From contig JAUVNS010000002.1 in the NCBI GenBank assembly GCA_030599585.1, forward strand, positions 224,001-288,000: DNA of 64,000 nt, given 5' to 3'. A program made the translations under genes and the position numbers. Positions 48,968 through 58,242 of the stretch are shown piece after piece (the first letter of the stretch is position 1; each line of letters begins with the position of its first letter). The DNA is from Promethearchaeota archaeon (GTDB lineage: Archaea; Asgardarchaeota; Lokiarchaeia; Sigyniarchaeales; SOKP01). The notes under the pieces are model-generated. The model saw only the letters and a program-made list of their open reading frames with translations, was not told the origin of the DNA and ran no database searches.

Positions 48968-50416
48968 TTATACCCAAAACAGATTTCCTTTTTTGACATT
49001 TTCATTTCTTGTTCTATGTTTAAGCGCAGAAACCGCTTGAACTGTTTCTTTAATTGAATGAAACACGGGGATGTAAGCGAGTTCAAGAGATTCGATTATT
49101 ATTGAGTATTTTGGTACGTATGGAACAAAACACACTACAGGCTTATTTTTCGTTGAAACTATGTTTGCTATCCGTCTTCCTATTTGAAAAGAGATATTAG
49201 GAGGATATGGAAGCAATAACAAGATTATACATTCAATTCGCTCAATATCTGATAAATACCTTAGTACGTCTACAATATCAGTATCTACTACTGAGCCCGT
49301 CAAATCTATTGGATTATTAAATGAAGCGATTTCTCTTGCTGATGGGTTCATTAACTCTTTTAAATCTTTTTTCTCTTGTCTTTCAAGTTTCACTGCATTC
49401 AAACCATACTTTTTCAACATGTCTGAGGCAATTACGCCGTGTCCACCTGAAACTGACATAATTACGACATTTCCATATGTAATCACATTTTCCCCAAAAG
49501 GATTTTTTCGATGAGATAAAACATCGTAAACTTTTAGGCTCGTCAATAGCTCTCTCTCTGAGTTAGGCAGGATTATTTGATTCTGTCTAAACGCAGCACT
49601 AAGGATTTTGTAATTGCCTGCTAAACTAGCTGTGTGTGACTGAGTAGCAACTTTTCCTTCCCGCGTTTTTCCCCCCATAAATACGATAACGGTATCATCA
49701 GACTCTTTAGCAAGTTTTAGGAATTCTCTTGCTCGGCCCTCCTTAAATCCTTCTAAATAAAATGCAATATTTGATGTCTCAGTATCTACTTTACTGAAAT
49801 ACTCCAAGAGCATTACCTCATCAACGACCGCTCGATTACCAATGGAAACCGCTGTGGAAACACCGATATGTCTCTCAAAAAATTTATTGAAAAATTGATC
49901 AACAAGTACACCACCGCTTTGACTTATTAATGCCACAGATCCTTTTGGAGGTCTAGTTATTCTTTCTGTAGGGAGGAAAATCGTGTCAACCAAAGGAGGT
50001 GCGTAGACACCCAGGCAGTTTGGGCCAAGCACGGCGATATCGTTATCGAAAGCTATTTTTTCGAGTTGTTGTTGCCTTTTCTTCCCCTTTCCACCTATTT
50101 CAGCAAAACCACCACCTACTATGACGCAAGAAGGGATATTTAAATCAACACAATCTTGAATGTATCCTAAAGTATCGTCTGGTCCGACTGCAATAACCAC
50201 TAGGTCAGGAATTTCGGGTAATTTATCTAATTTTTCGTATAATTGAATTCCTTCAAGATCTCCACCCGTTGGATATATGCCATATACCTTTACATTCATT
50301 TCAAACTCGTTTTTTAACAGAACAATTCTTCCTGGGCTAAGGGGATTTTTTTTTGAAATCCCTACAACTGCCATTGATTTTGGTTTAAATAACTTCTCTA
50401 AGTCCATTTTTATCAT
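48968..50416 (-). CDS. Acyl-CoA synthetase (ADP-forming) alpha subunit-like
   Basis: LFKPKSMAVVG, GGFAE, LGPNCLG, ISQSGG, SHTASLAG, NPIDLTG. Confidence 0.85.
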   Translation of the reverse strand: MIKMDLEKLFKPKSMAVVGISKKNPLSPGRIVLLKNEFEMNVKVYGIYPTGGDLEGIQLYEKLDKLPEIPDLVVIAVGPDDTLGYIQDCVDLNIPSCVIVGGGFAEIGGKGKKRQQQLEKIAFDNDIAVLGPNCLGVYAPPLVDTIFLPTERITRPPKGSVALISQSGGVLVDQFFNKFFERHIGVSTAVSIGNRAVVDEVMLLEYFSKVDTETSNIAFYLEGFKEGRAREFLKLAKESDDTVIVFMGGKTREGKVATQSHTASLAGNYKILSAAFRQNQIILPNSERELLTSLKVYDVLSHRKNPFGENVITYGNVVIMSVSGGHGVIASDMLKKYGLNAVKLERQEKKDLKELMNPSAREIASFNNPIDLTGSVVDTDIVDVLRYLSDIERIECIILLLLPYPPNISFQIGRRIANIVSTKNKPVVCFVPYVPKYSIIIESLELAYIPVFHSIKETVQAVSALKHRTRNENVKKGNLFWV

Positions 50417-50612
50417 TTAGGAGATATTAATTAGTTTGTAGATCGAATTAATAGAATCTCGAATTATAAAAAAAACAATATTATTCTTTTAATGGGGTTT
50501 TTTCATAATAAAATTAATGGACTGTTTTAGGAGAAAAAAGAGAATTTCTCATCTAAATATTTATTAAGTGTAAAACTGAATATGATTAACAATAAAAAAT
50601 TTATAAAAAAAA

Positions 50613-52010
50613 GTGATGCTTACGAGCGAAACTGAAAAAAAAACGGGAAGAATTGCTGCTATCTTTAGCTTTGGACAGATAGCAGACATAACTGCTTATC
50701 AATCTTTTACTCTTTTGATTTTTACCTTCTACTATTCTGTTGTGGGGATTCGATTGGAGCTGATTACTGTAGGATTCGTTATTTGGTCAGTCTGGAATAT
50801 GTTTAATGACCCAATATTAGGTTATTTTTCTGACAGAACGCACACAAAATGGGGACGTAGAAGACCATGGATTATGATTTCTTTCATACCGTTATCAATA
50901 ATTATGGTCTTTTTATTCACACCCCTATTACCTATAGGGAGTGCTAACCAAATCGGTAATTTCGCGTATTTTTTGATAATAATTATCGTTTTTGAATTGT
51001 TTTACACAATGTATAGCTTAAATGTAACCTCCTTATTTCCAGAAATTTTCTTATCAAAGAAGGAACGCACTCAAGCAAATAATATTCGCGCAGTATATAC
51101 TATTATCGGGTTAATTGTAGCGTTCATTTTGCCGGGATTAATAATTCCTGATTTCACAGATTCAGCATATTTCACGGAATTTCAAATTTTTGGTATAATC
51201 GCAGGAATAGTTATAGCTGTTGCAGTGATCATTTTTTTAAGATTTGGTCCAAGAGAAAAGAAAGAATTTCAGAAAGATTACGAGCAAGCTTTTAGTCTGT
51301 TTAATTCTGTTAAGTATTGTGTAAAAAGCAAGTCTTTTAGATGGTATATAATTGCTGAAGTAGGTAATTGGTTTGTTTATGGAATGTTACCTATAATGGT
51401 ACCATTGTATGCAAAATATGTGCTTGGTACAATAGGATTTGGGACATCATTACTATTGGGATTAACATTTATATCAGCAGCAATCTTTATGACAGTGTTA
51501 TGGAAGCCTTTAGTTCGAAAAATGGGCAACAAAAAATCTTGGATAATATCTATGTCAATTTGGGGTGCCTCACTATTACCCTTGATGTTTATATCTGATT
51601 TTATTTCGGGTCTGATAGTATTCTTTTTAATTGGAGTAGGTTTATCTGGTTCATTATATATTATCGACCTGGTCGTTGCCGATATTGTAGATGAAGACGA
51701 AGTAGCAACAGGAATGCGAAGAGAGGCTGGCTATTATGGAGTAAATGCTTTATTTTTGAGATTTTCAAATGTATTAGTGATATTGGCTGTAGGTACAGTG
51801 TTGTCTACAGTAGGATGGGCGACATTTGAACCAGCAAGTGTAACCCCTGACGTACTATTTGGATTACGATCGCTTATGTTTATATTTCCGGGCATAGCCT
51901 TAGTAATATCAATCATTGCAATGACTCAATACCCACTTCACGGCGAAAATTTAAAAAATATCCAAGAAAAAGTCAAAGAGATTCATGAACAGAAAAAAGC
52001 AAGAGCGTAA
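50613..52010 (+). CDS. GPH/MelB-type MFS sugar-cation symporter
   Basis: NDPILGYFSDRTHTKWGRRRPW; DEDEVATGMRREAGYYG. Confidence 0.9.
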   Translation: MMLTSETEKKTGRIAAIFSFGQIADITAYQSFTLLIFTFYYSVVGIRLELITVGFVIWSVWNMFNDPILGYFSDRTHTKWGRRRPWIMISFIPLSIIMVFLFTPLLPIGSANQIGNFAYFLIIIIVFELFYTMYSLNVTSLFPEIFLSKKERTQANNIRAVYTIIGLIVAFILPGLIIPDFTDSAYFTEFQIFGIIAGIVIAVAVIIFLRFGPREKKEFQKDYEQAFSLFNSVKYCVKSKSFRWYIIAEVGNWFVYGMLPIMVPLYAKYVLGTIGFGTSLLLGLTFISAAIFMTVLWKPLVRKMGNKKSWIISMSIWGASLLPLMFISDFISGLIVFFLIGVGLSGSLYIIDLVVADIVDEDEVATGMRREAGYYGVNALFLRFSNVLVILAVGTVLSTVGWATFEPASVTPDVLFGLRSLMFIFPGIALVISIIAMTQYPLHGENLKNIQEKVKEIHEQKKARA

Positions 52011-52156
52011 TAATCCTATTTAATTAATATATTTCCTTTTTTTTCTAATTGATTTTCAATTTTAATTAACGATCTAATCATTTCAATTAGTTTAATTAAA
52101 GTTTAAGAATAGGTAGGGAAAGATTAGATAAGAAAAATAAAAGGATAATAAAAAAG

Positions 52157-53062
52157 TTAAAATTCGTAGCCACACTTCTTGCAGACATGTTTCTTAGCGT
52201 ACATTGGAATATGGCCCACGTACGATAAGACTTTTGTTTTATCTTCGATCTGCTTGATATTATGTCCAACGGCTCCACACATTGGGCATGTAGTTCGCTC
52301 TTCAGTAGCAAAACCGCCTGAACCTAACTCAGGAGGCTTTAATTCGCCTAATTCAGTTTCAACCTCCTCTAAGCGAGCTGTTTGTGCATCTACTAATTTT
52401 TCTTTGCTATCTATATTATCAGTTAACTCTTGAATTTTTGTGTCTTTTTGGAGTAAAATGTTGTTTAATTCCATCAATTGGCTATTTAGATTAGTATTCT
52501 CATCTTGAGTAGCCGAAACTTTATTATTTAATTCTTGAATTTCAGCGGTTAATTTGTCCGTTTGTTCTTTGCTATTAGAAGTAGTACCTTCCAAATCAGC
52601 TACTTTAGTTTCGAAACCTTGTATTTTAGATTTAGATGCTTCAAGTTCAGTTGAAAGTTCTGAGATAGTAACACCAAGTTCCTCTTTTCTGCTTTCTAAA
52701 GTACTTTCGAGCTCAGTTACCTTTGCGTTTGTACTATCAAGATTGCCTTTAAGCTCTTCGATTTCAGCGCTTAATGCCGCATTAGATTGAGTAGTTTCTT
52801 CAATTAGAGTAGTAGTTTGCTCCAATTTAGGTTTAATATCGCCTAGTTCAGCTTTAGCACTCCCTAATTCTTTCATTGTAGTTTCGAGACTATCGCCAGT
52901 AGTTTTAAGGCTATTTTGAGTTCTCGTTAACTCATTTCTTGTGTCTGTTAATTGCTTCTCTAAATCGTTTACCTTAGCTCTTAAATCTAATAGGAATCGC
53001 CCCTCTATCTTTTGGGACTTATCCGGGTTCTCTTCGGCTTTTGTCCAATCAACACTCATCAT
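52157..53062 (-). CDS. Long coiled-coil protein with C-terminal zinc ribbon
   Basis: ~220-aa heptad region; CPMCG...CKKCGYEF. Confidence 0.75.
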   Translation of the reverse strand: MMSVDWTKAEENPDKSQKIEGRFLLDLRAKVNDLEKQLTDTRNELTRTQNSLKTTGDSLETTMKELGSAKAELGDIKPKLEQTTTLIEETTQSNAALSAEIEELKGNLDSTNAKVTELESTLESRKEELGVTISELSTELEASKSKIQGFETKVADLEGTTSNSKEQTDKLTAEIQELNNKVSATQDENTNLNSQLMELNNILLQKDTKIQELTDNIDSKEKLVDAQTARLEEVETELGELKPPELGSGGFATEERTTCPMCGAVGHNIKQIEDKTKVLSYVGHIPMYAKKHVCKKCGYEF

Positions 53063-53226
53063 TAATCATTTTTAATTTTTTATTCTATTTAATATCATAT
53101 AATGGATTTGTTTTAAAAATCTATTTTATAATAAATTAGATTTTAGTATAACAATTGTGTAAAATTTATTTATCTTACGGTTGTTATAATATAATAATAG
53201 GGATTATTCAGATATTGTGAAATAAT

Positions 53227-54093
53227 GTGGAAGGAGAAGAAGAATCTCAATTTGATATGGAAGTAATATCAACTTCTGGCGTTTACAAAACTCCATTTTC
53301 TTTGATAATTTTAATTCAGTTATTCATTGGGGGATTAGTTTTATTTGTGGTGAATTTATGGTTCATTAATAGTTTATATTATCTTTTAACTGGTACTGAG
53401 TTTTATTCGTTTGGATTAAAAGCGGAATGGTATTATTGGTTATTGCTTCCACTAAATATCTATGGTAATATTTTTCTGTTTGTGTTTATAATTATCTTCT
53501 TTTCCGGAGGAATTTTTCGAATTTTGAATAAAATTTCACCTCCTCAAGAGGGTATCTTCGAGAGGGGGAGTAAAGATTGGAAATATATGCATAGAAGGTT
53601 TTGGACTGCTTTTTTTCCTATTTGGTTAGCTCGGGCAATGCCATTACCTTGGCTCGATATTATCGCTTACAGATCATTTGGAACTAAAGTTGGAAAAAGC
53701 GTTGTCTTATATGAAGGATACATAGACCCTTTATTTGTAGAAATCGATGATTTTACAATGACTTCACTAAACATATGCATTTTCTCACATTTAATATATC
53801 AAGACAGACTTCTTATCAAAAGAGTTAAAATTGGAAAAGCGTGTGTAGTAGGGCCTCACACAATTATATCACCAGGCACAACCATGGAAGATTTTGCTGT
53901 TTTGGGTGTAAACAGTTACACAGAGATCAATCAGAGATTAAAAGGAAATCTAATTCACGTAGGAACTCCCGTAAGTATAACGTTACCAATTCAATCTGTA
54001 GAAGAATCTCAACAAAAAGCAGCGAAAGTTAAGGATTCTACAAGCTCTAATGTTAACCAAAAAAAACCAGATTCAAATTTACAAGAGGATTAA
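53227..54093 (+). CDS. Membrane protein with left-handed beta-helix (hexapeptide acyltransferase-like) domain
   Basis: N-terminal TMs; FGTKVGKSV...VKIGKACVVGPHTIISPGT. Confidence 0.7.
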   Translation: MEGEEESQFDMEVISTSGVYKTPFSLIILIQLFIGGLVLFVVNLWFINSLYYLLTGTEFYSFGLKAEWYYWLLLPLNIYGNIFLFVFIIIFFSGGIFRILNKISPPQEGIFERGSKDWKYMHRRFWTAFFPIWLARAMPLPWLDIIAYRSFGTKVGKSVVLYEGYIDPLFVEIDDFTMTSLNICIFSHLIYQDRLLIKRVKIGKACVVGPHTIISPGTTMEDFAVLGVNSYTEINQRLKGNLIHVGTPVSITLPIQSVEESQQKAAKVKDSTSSNVNQKKPDSNLQED

Positions 54094-54096
54094 AAA

Positions 54097-54837
54097 ATGT
54101 TTCAACCCGTCAGCTTGAAAGGAGATTCTCCAACACCTATCGACGAGAGAATTAGAAAAAAGTTTCTTGTCTTGTATATTTTGATAATTATTCTAAGTCT
54201 AATTCCAATTTCGCTTTTCGAATATTGGTATATTACTTTATTCTGGAACGAGACATATTTCTGGGTTTTTTTTATTGTATTACCCTTCAATATCTTCCTT
54301 TCAATTTATTTAATCCAACTCAGTGCAATACTGATCTCAGTATTATTTTTGAAAATAATTAACCTTATACACAATCCAAAAGAAGGAATTTTTAAGCGTT
54401 CAATAGAAGATCGAGATTATTATTTTTGGACCGTCCGAAATATCGTTAAAAAATGGCCGCTTTATGTAGCATCGTCAAATCCTTTTCCTTGGCTTAAAAA
54501 TCGGTTTACGCTAAGATTTTTTGGTGTAAAGATTGGAAAAAAAGTAATTTGTGATAATAGTTGGATTTCCTCAGAATTCGTATCTATTGGGAAAAATGTT
54601 ATAATTGGGATGAACTCCACAATTTTAAGTTTTGCTATTGAGCAGGATAATTTTATATTGAAAAAAATAACAGTTGATGACAATGTGCTTATAGGAGCTA
54701 AATGTGTTCTCTTACCAGGTACGATAATTAAGCGAGATACGAAACTTTCAGCTCACTCTTATTCGAATCATAATCAAATATTAGAAGAGAATTCGATTTA
54801 TAGGGGGCATCCAGCAAAATTAAAGGAGAATAATTAA
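54097..54837 (+). CDS. Membrane protein with left-handed beta-helix domain (paralog of upstream gene)
   Basis: PKEGIF; FGVKIGKKV...IGKNVIIG...VDDNVLIGAKCVLLPGT...GHPAK. Confidence 0.7.
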   Translation: MFQPVSLKGDSPTPIDERIRKKFLVLYILIIILSLIPISLFEYWYITLFWNETYFWVFFIVLPFNIFLSIYLIQLSAILISVLFLKIINLIHNPKEGIFKRSIEDRDYYFWTVRNIVKKWPLYVASSNPFPWLKNRFTLRFFGVKIGKKVICDNSWISSEFVSIGKNVIIGMNSTILSFAIEQDNFILKKITVDDNVLIGAKCVLLPGTIIKRDTKLSAHSYSNHNQILEENSIYRGHPAKLKENN

Positions 54838-54838
54838 G

Positions 54839-56434
54839 ATGATTTCCGAAAAAAGCGTTAAGATCAACTCTCAGGAAAAAATTAAGTCAAAAAAACGAAT
54901 AGTGATCATTTCTGATACTCACATTACTCGTTCTGGGGGAGCATTTAACCTCCACGCTTTCAATGTTGGAATTGAAAAAGTAAATAAGATAAAGAACGCA
55001 TCGCTATATTTGAACTTGGGAGATATTACTCAGATGGGAACATTATTGGATTATGAGTATGCGTTAGAGCAATTTAAAAAGTTTGATCCAGTGACTAAAG
55101 CTCCTATTATGGTGTTGATTGGAAATCACGATGCTTTGAATGTGGGCTATTTATTATTTGAAGAAATGATAGGTAGAAGGCATTACGCTTATGAAGACGA
55201 CGATATTTATATTCTTGGTATAGATAGTACTAAACCTGATTTACCTGGAGGAATAATACATCATAGCGTAATTAATGATGTACGAACTGAGTTAGAGAAA
55301 CCTGAAAGAGAGAATAAATTCAAAATTGTTTGTTTTCATCATCAGCTTATTCCCATACCTAATACAGGAAAAGAACGATCCGCTATAGATGATTCTGGAG
55401 ATATGCTCAAAATGCTTTTAGAAGCAAAAGCAGATTTAGTTTTAAATGGTCATAGGCATACTTCAAATTTGTATACCGTGAGTAGTAGTGAAAAAGACTT
55501 ATTTATTTTTAACGCAGGGACTTTTTGCTGTAACAAGACAAGATATAGAGAACTTTTTACTTACTCTGTTATTGATATAGAGGGTAACGATCTTAGTTTT
55601 AAAGTGATCCCCGTTTTTGATCCGGAATCTAAACATGAAATCTTACGAGAAGTTAATTATTACATTCCTTTACAAATAGAAAAAGATCAAAAACCTATAG
55701 CTCGATTCATACAGCTGTCAAATTCGTTAGTTTCTGAGCAGAATAAGGGTTATATTTCTAATTTTGAGAAAGCTATCAATAGTATTAATAAGATAAATGA
55801 CATCGATTTGGTCGTACACGCCGGAAATCTTACTAAAAATGGTTATAAAGAAGAATTTAAAGCAGCGAAAGATACTCTTGGGCTGTTAAAACATCCTTAT
55901 ATAGCCGTTCCGGGATTTACAGATTCAAAACCTCATGCATGGGAGTATTGGAGGCAGCATTTTGGTGATTTTAATCCGCTTTACGAGAATGAGAAAATAT
56001 ATTTTCAGGGCATGAACTCCACAACTCTAGATTCTAAAGAAGGATTTATTGGGAGAAAGAAGTTAAATAACTTCATAGATAAAGTGTTATCACTTAGTCA
56101 TCAGAAAATTTTTGGTGTGTGTTGCTTTCATCCCTTAATACCGGCTCCTTTGAGCGTATGGAGGACTGAGCTCATCGATTCTGGAGATGTATTATCCCAA
56201 TTTGCTCGATCTCAAATAGATTTAGTATTGAATTCTTCCCCGAGTATTTCTTTTAACGTTAAAATTGAAAATACGGTATTTTCCAACGGGGGGAATCTCA
56301 TAGGGAAATATTTTGACGAAGTATTTGTCGAAATCGAAATCTACAGGAAAGGGCTTGTAGTATTAAAAGAACACAATTTGAGCACTGGTGAAGCAAAAGT
56401 TATTGGTAATTATTACTTAACAATTTTAATTTAA
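54839..56434 (+). CDS. Tandem calcineurin-like metallophosphoesterase (second domain degenerate)
   Basis: Domain 1 ISDTH, GDIT, GNHD, HH, GHRH; domain 2 LSNS, GNLT, GFTD, FH, NSSP. Confidence 0.85.
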   Translation: MISEKSVKINSQEKIKSKKRIVIISDTHITRSGGAFNLHAFNVGIEKVNKIKNASLYLNLGDITQMGTLLDYEYALEQFKKFDPVTKAPIMVLIGNHDALNVGYLLFEEMIGRRHYAYEDDDIYILGIDSTKPDLPGGIIHHSVINDVRTELEKPERENKFKIVCFHHQLIPIPNTGKERSAIDDSGDMLKMLLEAKADLVLNGHRHTSNLYTVSSSEKDLFIFNAGTFCCNKTRYRELFTYSVIDIEGNDLSFKVIPVFDPESKHEILREVNYYIPLQIEKDQKPIARFIQLSNSLVSEQNKGYISNFEKAINSINKINDIDLVVHAGNLTKNGYKEEFKAAKDTLGLLKHPYIAVPGFTDSKPHAWEYWRQHFGDFNPLYENEKIYFQGMNSTTLDSKEGFIGRKKLNNFIDKVLSLSHQKIFGVCCFHPLIPAPLSVWRTELIDSGDVLSQFARSQIDLVLNSSPSISFNVKIENTVFSNGGNLIGKYFDEVFVEIEIYRKGLVVLKEHNLSTGEAKVIGNYYLTILI

Positions 56435-56450
56435 GAAAAAACTGAATATT

Positions 56451-57671
56451 ATGGATCAAAACTTTCTTTTACCTCAATATAACCTAATTTTAATTAGGTA
56501 CGCTGAAATATGGTTAAAATCGCAAAAAATTAAAATTCGTATGCTGAAATACTTAATGGGTAACATAAAAAACATCCTTAAACGAAAGGGAATACCCTTT
56601 AACAAGTATCAAATGAGTAAGGATTCATCGAGAGTTTTTTTCTTTTTTAATAATAAAGACCTTCCTTCTGCTATTAATGTAATAAAAAACGCGTTTGGTG
56701 TACATTCCTTAAGTCCAGCAATTAGGACATCAGACAAGCTTAAAAATATTACTGAAAGAACAATTGAGGTTGCGAAAGATATTCTTGATCGGAAAGATAC
56801 ATTTGCGCTCAGGGTTAAAAGGTCTGGAAAACATGATTATACCTCAATGGAAGTGGCTCAAATTGTGGGTAAAGCGGTTATTGATAATTTTCCGAACTAT
56901 GAATTGAAAGTAAATCTTACCAAACCAAAAAAAAAAATTTTTATCGAAATAAGGGGGGAATTCACCTACATTTTCTCTCAGATTATCAGAAGTAAATGGG
57001 GTGGTTTACCTATAGAACCTCAGAAAAAAATATTGGTAATGGACATAGGTAGGTTAAACGATTTAATTTCAGGCTTTCTATTAATGAGAAGAGGTTCTGA
57101 AATTTACCCTATATTAATTGATCTCACTGAGGATGAATCCGATATCGAAGATAGGATTTCAAACTGGAAAGAAATTGGTGAATATATCCCAAAAAATAAT
57201 ATTCGATTAGCCAAATTTAGAATATACGACGTTCTAAAGAAAGTTTATTCTGAGTTGGATGAAAAACAATATTTCTGCGGTATGTGTAGATTAATTAGAT
57301 TTGATTTAATGTCTAAAATCCTTATAAATCCTAAATTTCAATTTTATGAAAAAATTAAAGCAGTCACCGATGGTATCAGCTTAAATAATTCGGATTACTG
57401 TCCTGATTCCATTGATTTAGAGACTTTAGCTATCAATACTCTTAACTTAAGCCATCCCGTATTTACACCTCTCATTGGTATTGGAGAAAATAGGATTCAA
57501 GATTTATCGAAGAAAATCTCTAAAATCCTTAAAAAAGTTAATTACTGCCCTTTCAAACCAGTAAATCAAGTATTCGATGCTGAAAAATTGAAAGAATTAT
57601 ATACCAGTTTGAATATTGATAATGACCTTCTGTTTATAGTGGAAAGTGGATTAGAGATTAATTTATTCTGA
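56451..57671 (+). CDS. ThiI-like THUMP protein with degenerate PP-loop
   Basis: LIRYAEIWLKS, TFALRVKRSGKHDYTS, VNLTKP, GGLP, LMRRG, CGMCR; SGGxDS replaced by DIGRLND. Confidence 0.75.
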   Translation: MDQNFLLPQYNLILIRYAEIWLKSQKIKIRMLKYLMGNIKNILKRKGIPFNKYQMSKDSSRVFFFFNNKDLPSAINVIKNAFGVHSLSPAIRTSDKLKNITERTIEVAKDILDRKDTFALRVKRSGKHDYTSMEVAQIVGKAVIDNFPNYELKVNLTKPKKKIFIEIRGEFTYIFSQIIRSKWGGLPIEPQKKILVMDIGRLNDLISGFLLMRRGSEIYPILIDLTEDESDIEDRISNWKEIGEYIPKNNIRLAKFRIYDVLKKVYSELDEKQYFCGMCRLIRFDLMSKILINPKFQFYEKIKAVTDGISLNNSDYCPDSIDLETLAINTLNLSHPVFTPLIGIGENRIQDLSKKISKILKKVNYCPFKPVNQVFDAEKLKELYTSLNIDNDLLFIVESGLEINLF

Positions 57672-57797
57672 TAACACAAACATATTCAATTAAGTCATTA
57701 AGCTTAAAAATTAGTCTAATTTATTTAAATTGAACTAAACTTGGAATAGATTTTAGTAAGATCTTATAATTTTCTAATTGAAACGAGCTGTAATGTT

Positions 57798-58079
57798 ATG
57801 GTTAAAGTTGATTTGAACTTATTAAACATTTTTGTTTTGAGAGTAAAAAAAAATAAGATAGTATACGAAGGAGATACTGTAGGCGATATTATCTCCCAAT
57901 TTCTCAAGGAATATAAAGATTTATTAGACGATAGTATTTTATCCAAAAACAAGAAGAAGTTAAACCCACAGATGGTCATTTTACTCAACGGTAGGAACAT
58001 TTCTTACATGAAAAATTATAAAACGAAATTAAATGAGGAAGACCAGCTTTATATATCTTTTCCTATCTCGGGAGGTTAA
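57798..58079 (+). CDS. MoaD/ThiS/SAMP-type ubiquitin-like sulfur carrier
   Basis: ILLNGRNI...TKL.EED...FPISGG C-terminal diglycine. Confidence 0.9.
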   Translation: MVKVDLNLLNIFVLRVKKNKIVYEGDTVGDIISQFLKEYKDLLDDSILSKNKKKLNPQMVILLNGRNISYMKNYKTKLNEEDQLYISFPISGG

Positions 58080-58242
58080 TCTTTTTTTAACTTTTAAGAA
58101 CTAACTTCAATTTCAGTATCGATTTTTCGTCGAAAAGTAAGGATTTATTAATTCCTTCTGCTATAAATAATTTGTATAGTTATTTCCGACATTTTCAAAA
58201 AGAAAGTTTTGGGAGCTAAGTAGTAAAATCTGGTGATATATA

